Shown here in pieces: positions 59,128-64,000 of a DNA stretch of 64,000 bases. Numbering within the stretch: the first letter of the stretch is position 1; the number at the start of each line of letters is the position of its first letter. The translations under genes and the position numbers were made by a program. The stretch spans positions 12,656 to 76,655 of the forward strand of contig JAFRUH010000019.1 of assembly GCA_017438975.1 (NCBI GenBank), in the 5' to 3' direction. This DNA comes from Bacteroidales bacterium. Its GTDB lineage: Bacteria; Bacteroidota; Bacteroidia; Bacteroidales; UBA932. The notes beneath the pieces were generated by a model. It had not been told where the DNA came from. It did not search any database and saw nothing but the letters and a program-made list of their open reading frames with translations.

Positions 59128-59546
59128 CGCCTTTTCTCTATGAAATGGACGATATCCTGCAGGACGAAGTCAAGATCCTGCGTATGGAGGAAATCATAAT
59201 TATCGAGGACGAAATCATCTGCATGGTATCTTTCAAAAAGGGCCATTGCTTGCAAGGACGTCATTCCGACCTTCTCCGCATACCTTTCAAGGCAGAACAC
59301 ATAGAACTCGAATGCGGCGAATCCAACTACTCTGTCACTCTCCTTCCGCTTTTTTTCGAACTCCTCGTATAGCGATTCGGTATCGAGATACCACCATTTT
59401 GCTTTTTCGTTATACAGTTCTGCCGCCATAGGATTGATGTAGATATAAGTCAATGCCTCTTGCAGAGAAATGCGTTTTCTCTTCGAGATGAAAACAGCCA
59501 GGTGGGCTATCTTGATGGGAACGATGTTCTGCTCGATTTTGGCCAT
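59124..59546 (-). CDS. Tandem DUF3791-like protein
   Basis: C-terminal half FYVFCLERYA..G...MALFERY...YDFLHTQD..FV..DI is DUF3791-like; N-terminal half shows a similar helical pattern; 4-nt overlap with DUF3990. Confidence 0.72.
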   Translation of the reverse strand: MAKIEQNIVPIKIAHLAVFISKRKRISLQEALTYIYINPMAAELYNEKAKWWYLDTESLYEEFEKKRKESDRVVGFAAFEFYVFCLERYAEKVGMTSLQAMALFERYHADDFVLDNYDFLHTQDLDFVLQDIVHFIEKRR

Positions 59547-59549
59547 GAC

Positions 59550-59700
59550 ATGGATCTAAACAATTACTACTAAATCCATTCCTCGGCCCATTCAGCACAG
59601 ACCAAGGGAAGGACAGGCTACGACAGTTTATCTGTCTCGACGGGAATCCGCTATCCAGCGCACCCCCGGCAGCCCGGTAATGATCCTTCGCGCACGCGCG
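59550..59700 (-). ncRNA. Candidate structured 5' leader RNA (three-way junction plus two hairpins)
   Basis: Hand-folded stems GAAGGA/UCCUUC, CGGGCUGC/GUAGCCUG, CGGGGGU-CGCU/AGCG-AUUCCCG, GACAG/CUGUC, CCUUGGUCU/GGGCCGAGG, AUGGAUUUAG/UUAGAUCCAU. Confidence 0.6.
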
Positions 59701-59712
59701 ATGATTAACAAG

Positions 59713-59744
59713 CAAATATACAGTAAATATCTGGAATATTCAAA
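59713..59744 (-). promoter_or_regulatory. Canonical promoter heading the DUF3791-DUF3990-polysaccharide run
   Basis: TTTG (59741-59744), 20-nt spacer, TATATTTG (59713-59720). Confidence 0.8.
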
Positions 59745-59800
59745 TATCTTCCAACCAAAGCCCTTCCCGGTGAAGAAACCGCAGAAGGTAACTGTCACAT

Positions 59801-60886
59801 TTACGCGCGCCCGCCTGTGAGAACAGCAAGGGTTCTCGGGGTCCATTTCCGCATCAGCGAGTAGCAGGCGAGGATAGCCAGGACCGTTAGAAGGGGCGCA
59901 GCAAAGTACTTGAGAATCAGGGCAGCCTGCGAGGAAGAAGGGAATATCCGATTAAGATAAATGACGATACGGGGCAGCACAATCGTCGCATGCATCGCAA
60001 AGACCATAAAAACGCTGCCGGACAGCAGTTCCCGCTCCCGGATCCGGTTGCTTCTGATCAGATGGGCCGCCGTACCGACGACAGAGGGGCAGGCGAACAG
60101 GGCGAAGCAACGGTGCATGATCCCAAAAAGCCGGTAATCGTTACCGAAAGAGAGGACCATGACGACCCAAAAGGGTATGGACACCAGCGCAAGGGGGATT
60201 CTAACCTTCTCGAAGGATTCGGAAAAGTCCATCCTCCGGATCGTGAAAAGGGCCCCTGCCGCAAAGAACAACAGACCGGAAATCTCGAATCCCGGGACCT
60301 TGATCCACCAGTCCGGGACATAGAGCACGGTCAAAGCAAGCAGACCGACCACTCCCGATTTTCTGACGAGAAGAAAAATCAGAGGAGCAAAGATTGCCAG
60401 AAGCATCAGGTTCCGGATGAACCAGAGCGGAGCGTTGTGAGGCAGCCCAAGGCTTCCCGTACCCCAGAAAACACGCCAGCCGCCGATCCCCTGGAACCAG
60501 GCACCGATATCGGGAAACGCTCCCCAGAGAAGTGCCGCTCTGTTTTCGGAAAGGAACTGGACAAGGATTGACAGGATATTCCAGATCAGATAGGGAACGA
60601 GCAGAGTCCGCACCCGTTTCTTGAGTTTCCCGATCCATACGGAAGTATTCCATTCTTCAAGGCCCCTGAAGAAAAGAAAGCCTGAGATAAAAAAGAAAAT
60701 GGGCACTGCGACAACGCAGATACCTTCGGAGACTGAAATCCTGACGGTGTCGTAGAATCCGTTCTGCCAGACTACCCGTTCAAGCCCTTGGAGCGGCTTT
60801 CCGAATGCATGGACAAACACGACGAGAACCACGCAGAAAAAGCGCAGCCACTCGATGGTCCTGGACGAAACGGAACTGTCTTTCAT
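59801..60886 (-). CDS. Acyltransferase_3 family membrane O-acyltransferase
   Basis: IEWLRFFCVVLVVFVH, AVPIFFFISG, KRVRTLLVPYLIWN, LWFIRNL; start at MKDSSV since the longer TTG start overlaps the -7 element at 60911-60918. Confidence 0.88.
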   Translation of the reverse strand: MKDSSVSSRTIEWLRFFCVVLVVFVHAFGKPLQGLERVVWQNGFYDTVRISVSEGICVVAVPIFFFISGFLFFRGLEEWNTSVWIGKLKKRVRTLLVPYLIWNILSILVQFLSENRAALLWGAFPDIGAWFQGIGGWRVFWGTGSLGLPHNAPLWFIRNLMLLAIFAPLIFLLVRKSGVVGLLALTVLYVPDWWIKVPGFEISGLLFFAAGALFTIRRMDFSESFEKVRIPLALVSIPFWVVMVLSFGNDYRLFGIMHRCFALFACPSVVGTAAHLIRSNRIRERELLSGSVFMVFAMHATIVLPRIVIYLNRIFPSSSQAALILKYFAAPLLTVLAILACYSLMRKWTPRTLAVLTGGRA

Positions 60887-60927
60887 TTCCTTCAGCGATA
60901 CTCGTTCATACAAATATAGCTTCGATG

Positions 60928-60955
60928 TACCTCTGGTGTTTATTAACCAGAGGTA
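60928..60955. repeat. Perfect 10-bp inverted repeat
   Basis: TACCTCTGGT-N8-ACCAGAGGTA. Confidence 0.85.
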
Positions 60956-61005
60956 AATTAATTAACCCGCTGATTATCGGGATGATAGCCTCCATGAGAC
61001 ACTGT

Positions 61006-62175
61006 TCACTTCGCGAGCATGTCGCGGGAATCGAGGATGTCTTTCTTGAGGGCGAGGACACGGGCGGCGCTTTCTTCAATGCGGGAGACGGGAATGGTAC
61101 CGGCCTTGACCGCGGCTTCTACATTGTCATAGGCGGCTTCATAGTTTTCGGGAGTGAGCAGGATGTCCACGCCGGCGAGAATCGCCTGGATCGCCGCGTC
61201 GCCGGGACCGTATTCCTGGGTGATGGCGCCCATCCCGAGAGCGTCGGTGATGATGAGCCCCTTATACCCGAGTTCTCCCCGGAGCTTTTCGGTCAGCATC
61301 AGTGGGGAAAGCGTTGACGGAACGGAACTTCCGGTAACGTTCGGAGCACTGATATGGGCCGTCATGATCAGGCGTGCGCCCTCTTCTATCCCCTTTCGGA
61401 AGGGGACCATCTCGCAGGCTGCAATCTCCTCCCAGGTCTTCAGGGTCTCGGCATAGCCGTAGTGGCTGTCCGCCTTGGTGTCGCCATGGCCCGGAAAATG
61501 CTTGAGGCATCCTTCGACCTTAGAATCCTGGAGTCCGTTCAGGAATTCCCCGACCATGTCCGCGACAAGCCCCGGATCGCTCCCGAACGAACGGTTTCCG
61601 ATCACGACGTTCTCCGGATTGGTGTTGACATCGGCGACCGGAGCGAGGTCTACATCGAACCTGTACCGGTATAGATAACTCCCGATCGTCGAGCCGGCAT
61701 TGAAGGCGTTCCGCTTGTCCCCGGTCGCTCCGACCGCTCCCATGCTGGAATACTTGATGACGGAGAAATTGCTGTTGTTCGCGATGCGGGCTACCGACCC
61801 GCCTTCTTCGTCTACGCAGATGAAAGGATAGTTCCCGAGCTCATGGAGATAACGGTTGAACTGCTGTATCTGGCTGGGATTCTTGATGTTGCCGGCGAGG
61901 AGGATGAACCCGCCGCAAGGGTATTTTTCAAATCGCTCCCTGAACTCGGGATAGCCTGCCGTCACATAGCCGGTCGCGTCTGTGACAGACTCGGGAGCGA
62001 TGCAGAAAAGCTGGCCGATCTTCTCGTGGAGGGTCATGGACGCAAGGTCCTTGAGTTCATAGAGTTCCGGTTCTTCGACGACGGGGACGGGCTTCGGGAC
62101 CGGGACCGGATCCGGTTTCTGGCAGGCCGTCCACAAAAGGAGGACGGCGGAAAAGAGATAAATGAAACGTTTCAT
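61006..62175 (-). CDS. GH3 beta-N-acetylhexosaminidase (NagZ-like) lipoprotein
   Basis: Lipobox WTAC, Pro-rich linker, VDEEGG.V.R, APVAD, KHFPGHGDTKADSH, ITDALGM. Confidence 0.88.
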   Translation of the reverse strand: MKRFIYLFSAVLLLWTACQKPDPVPVPKPVPVVEEPELYELKDLASMTLHEKIGQLFCIAPESVTDATGYVTAGYPEFRERFEKYPCGGFILLAGNIKNPSQIQQFNRYLHELGNYPFICVDEEGGSVARIANNSNFSVIKYSSMGAVGATGDKRNAFNAGSTIGSYLYRYRFDVDLAPVADVNTNPENVVIGNRSFGSDPGLVADMVGEFLNGLQDSKVEGCLKHFPGHGDTKADSHYGYAETLKTWEEIAACEMVPFRKGIEEGARLIMTAHISAPNVTGSSVPSTLSPLMLTEKLRGELGYKGLIITDALGMGAITQEYGPGDAAIQAILAGVDILLTPENYEAAYDNVEAAVKAGTIPVSRIEESAARVLALKKDILDSRDMLAK

Positions 62176-62180
62176 GGACC

Positions 62181-63431
62181 TTAATCGCGCTCGAAAAGAT
62201 CGCGGGTATAGACCTTGTCCCGGACGTCGTCGAGGATGGGGTCATATCGATTGACGATGATGCAGCCGCTGCGACGCTTGAAATCCGCGAGGTCATTGAC
62301 GACCTCGGATCCGAAGAAGGTCGATCCGTCGGGAAGGGTGGGTTCATAGACAATGACCCGAGCGCCCTTGGCCTTGATCCGCTTCATGATGCCCTGGATC
62401 GCGCTCTGGCGGAAATTGTCGGAGCCGGTTTTCATGGTCAGGCGGTAGACTCCGACGGTGACCTCACGCTCGCTCCCCCGGTCGAAAGCGTTCCGGGCGG
62501 AATAGCCGTAATACCCGGCTTTTTCAAGGACACGGTCCGCGATGAAATCTTTCCGGGTCCGGTTGCTCTCGACGATCGCACCGATCAGATTCTCAGGCAC
62601 ATCCTTGTAGTTCGCGAGGAGCTGCTTGGTGTCTTTCGGAAGACAGTAGCCGCCGTAACCGAAGGATGGGTTGTTGTAATGGGCACCGATGCGGGGGTCC
62701 AGGCAGACACCCTCGATGATCGAACGGGTGTCGAGCCCCTTGACTTCGGCGTAGGTATCGAGTTCATTGAAATAGCTCACGCGAAGGGCAAGGTAGGTAT
62801 TGGCGAAGAGCTTGACGGCCTCCGCTTCGGTCGCGCCCATATAGAGGACCGGGATGTCTTCCTTGAGGGCCCCTTCGACGAGAAGGCCGGCGAAGATCCG
62901 GGCTTTTTCCGCAAGGCGTCCTTCATCCCCTTTCGGGATTCCGACGATGATCCGGCTCGGGAACAAATTGTCATACAGGGCTTTGGATTCGCGGAGAAAC
63001 TCCGGGGCGAAGAGGATATTCCGGCTGCCGGTCTCGGCGCTGATCCGCTCGGTGAATCCGACCGGGATGGTCGACTTGATGACCATCACGGCGTCCGGAT
63101 CCGCCGCGATGACGGTCCGGATAACGGTTTCGACGGCAGATGTGTCGAAGTAGTTCCTGACGGGGTCATAGTTCGTCGGGGCCGCGATGATGACAAAATC
63201 GGCACCGCGGTAAGCTTCGGAGGCGTCGAGGGTCGCACGAAGATGCAAGTCCTTCTCTGCCAGGTATTTCTCGATATACTCGTCCTGGATCGGAGACTGC
63301 TTCCGGTTGACCGTTTCCACCCGTTCCGGGACGATATCGACCGCCACGACGTCATGGTGTTGAGACAACAGCGTCGCAAGACTCATCCCGACATATCCCG
63401 TTCCGGCAACTGCGATTTTCATATTCTTCAA
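62181..63431 (-). CDS. ugd: UDP-glucose 6-dehydrogenase
   Basis: [37 protein letters not shown]. Confidence 0.96.
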   Translation of the reverse strand: MKNMKIAVAGTGYVGMSLATLLSQHHDVVAVDIVPERVETVNRKQSPIQDEYIEKYLAEKDLHLRATLDASEAYRGADFVIIAAPTNYDPVRNYFDTSAVETVIRTVIAADPDAVMVIKSTIPVGFTERISAETGSRNILFAPEFLRESKALYDNLFPSRIIVGIPKGDEGRLAEKARIFAGLLVEGALKEDIPVLYMGATEAEAVKLFANTYLALRVSYFNELDTYAEVKGLDTRSIIEGVCLDPRIGAHYNNPSFGYGGYCLPKDTKQLLANYKDVPENLIGAIVESNRTRKDFIADRVLEKAGYYGYSARNAFDRGSEREVTVGVYRLTMKTGSDNFRQSAIQGIMKRIKAKGARVIVYEPTLPDGSTFFGSEVVNDLADFKRRSGCIIVNRYDPILDDVRDKVYTRDLFERD

Positions 63432-63445
63432 AACCTAATTACTTT

Positions 63446-63476
63446 CAAAGGTACAACTTTCCCCCCGAAACGCAAA
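63446..63476 (-). promoter_or_regulatory. Promoter of ugd-GH3
   Basis: TTTG (63473-63476), 19-nt spacer, TACCTTTG (63446-63453). Confidence 0.75.
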
Positions 63477-63489
63477 ATCCCTGCCCTGA

Positions 63490-64000
63490 TCAAGGCTGCT
63501 TCTTCAGGGTAAAGTCGAAACGGAGACCGGAAGGAACCGCGTTCCGCGCGGAGATCGTACCGCCGTGGACCAGCACTGAATTCTTTACGATGGCAAGGCC
63601 GAGTCCCGTCCCGCCAAGCCGGCGGTTGCGTCCTCCATCGAGCCGGTAGAAACGCTCGAAAAGACGGGGCAGATCCTCCTTTGAAACGCCCGGTCCGTTA
63701 TCCTCGAAGACAACGGCCCATTCCTTTCCGCGGTCCGTCACCGAAATCCGGACCTCCGTTCCCTCTCCGGCGTAGAAGAACGCATTGTCGAGGAGATTCC
63801 GGAAGATCCCGTACAAGAGAACGGTGTTCCCGTTCAAGGGAATGGTTTCCGGCACGGAGAGTACGAGACGCATCCGTTTCGACTCAAAAGACGGAGCGGT
63901 CTCCGCAGAGAGCGTGCGGAGGATTCCGGACAGGTCCACGGGTTCGAAAACAGGTTTTTGCGGGGCGCCGTCCAGTTTGTTCAGGGTCGAGATGTCTTCC
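63490..64000 (-). CDS. Sensor histidine kinase, C-terminal HATPase_c part (runs off window)
   Basis: NLLDNA (N box), DNGPG (G1), FERFYR (F), GGTGLGLAIVK (G2); frame stays open to the window edge. Confidence 0.9.
   Translation of the reverse strand, partial: EDISTLNKLDGAPQKPVFEPVDLSGILRTLSAETAPSFESKRMRLVLSVPETIPLNGNTVLLYGIFRNLLDNAFFYAGEGTEVRISVTDRGKEWAVVFEDNGPGVSKEDLPRLFERFYRLDGGRNRRLGGTGLGLAIVKNSVLVHGGTISARNAVPSGLRFDFTLKKQP

Noticed and set aside
59608-59689. Three-way junction as a hammerhead, twister or HDV ribozyme, or as SRP RNA
   Set aside because: Lacks the CUGAnGA/GAAA hammerhead core, the twister conserved segments and the SRP CAGG/GGAA/AGCAG motif; kept as an unknown structure.
59678-59692. 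GCGAAGGATCATTA resembling the 3' end of eukaryotic 18S rRNA
   Set aside because: Short chance match with no flanking rRNA sequence; GAAGGA is explained as a stem arm.
1-64000. CRISPR array, rRNA, IS/transposase, prophage
   Set aside because: No regularly spaced direct repeats, rRNA signatures, transposase/integrase or phage structural ORFs were seen.

Overview
Bacteroidales chromosome segment (TAnnTTTG promoters, BamA/Skp, lipoproteins). The ~60% GC backbone carries housekeeping genes (three tRNAs, rpmF, typA, guaA, rpsT, rseP, dxr, ruvX, def, PMM/PGM, gdh, skp, bamA, uppS, nadK). It is interrupted by a ~28 kb, ~30-38% GC Wzx/Wzy-type surface-polysaccharide cassette (~29.2-57.6 kb). All genes from 59546 down to 27217 run on the minus strand behind one canonical promoter at 59713-59744. 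Highlights: (i) a ~150-nt, almost fully base-paired leader whose many G-U pairs work only on the transcribed strand and whose last hairpin ends 3 nt from a start codon; (ii) a tandem-DUF3791 + DUF3990 (ADP-ribosyltransferase-like) pair as the first genes of the polysaccharide run; (iii) a beta-helix lipoprotein gene whose GC falls from ~60% to ~30% mid-ORF, marking the cassette edge; (iv) a TagD-type cytidylyltransferase-Gfo/Idh/MocA fusion with a class V PLP enzyme, SDR, ATP-grasp, two GNATs, three LicDs and two phosphoesterases, suggesting an unusual amino-polyol-phosphate or amide decoration; (v) a frameshifted Wzy-like/DUF4846 fusion at the other cassette edge; (vi) an acyltransferase pseudogene missed by the ORF track. 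No CRISPR array, rRNA, integrase or transposase was seen. Family assignments come from motif recognition by eye, not database searches; GC values are hand counts of single 60-nt lines.
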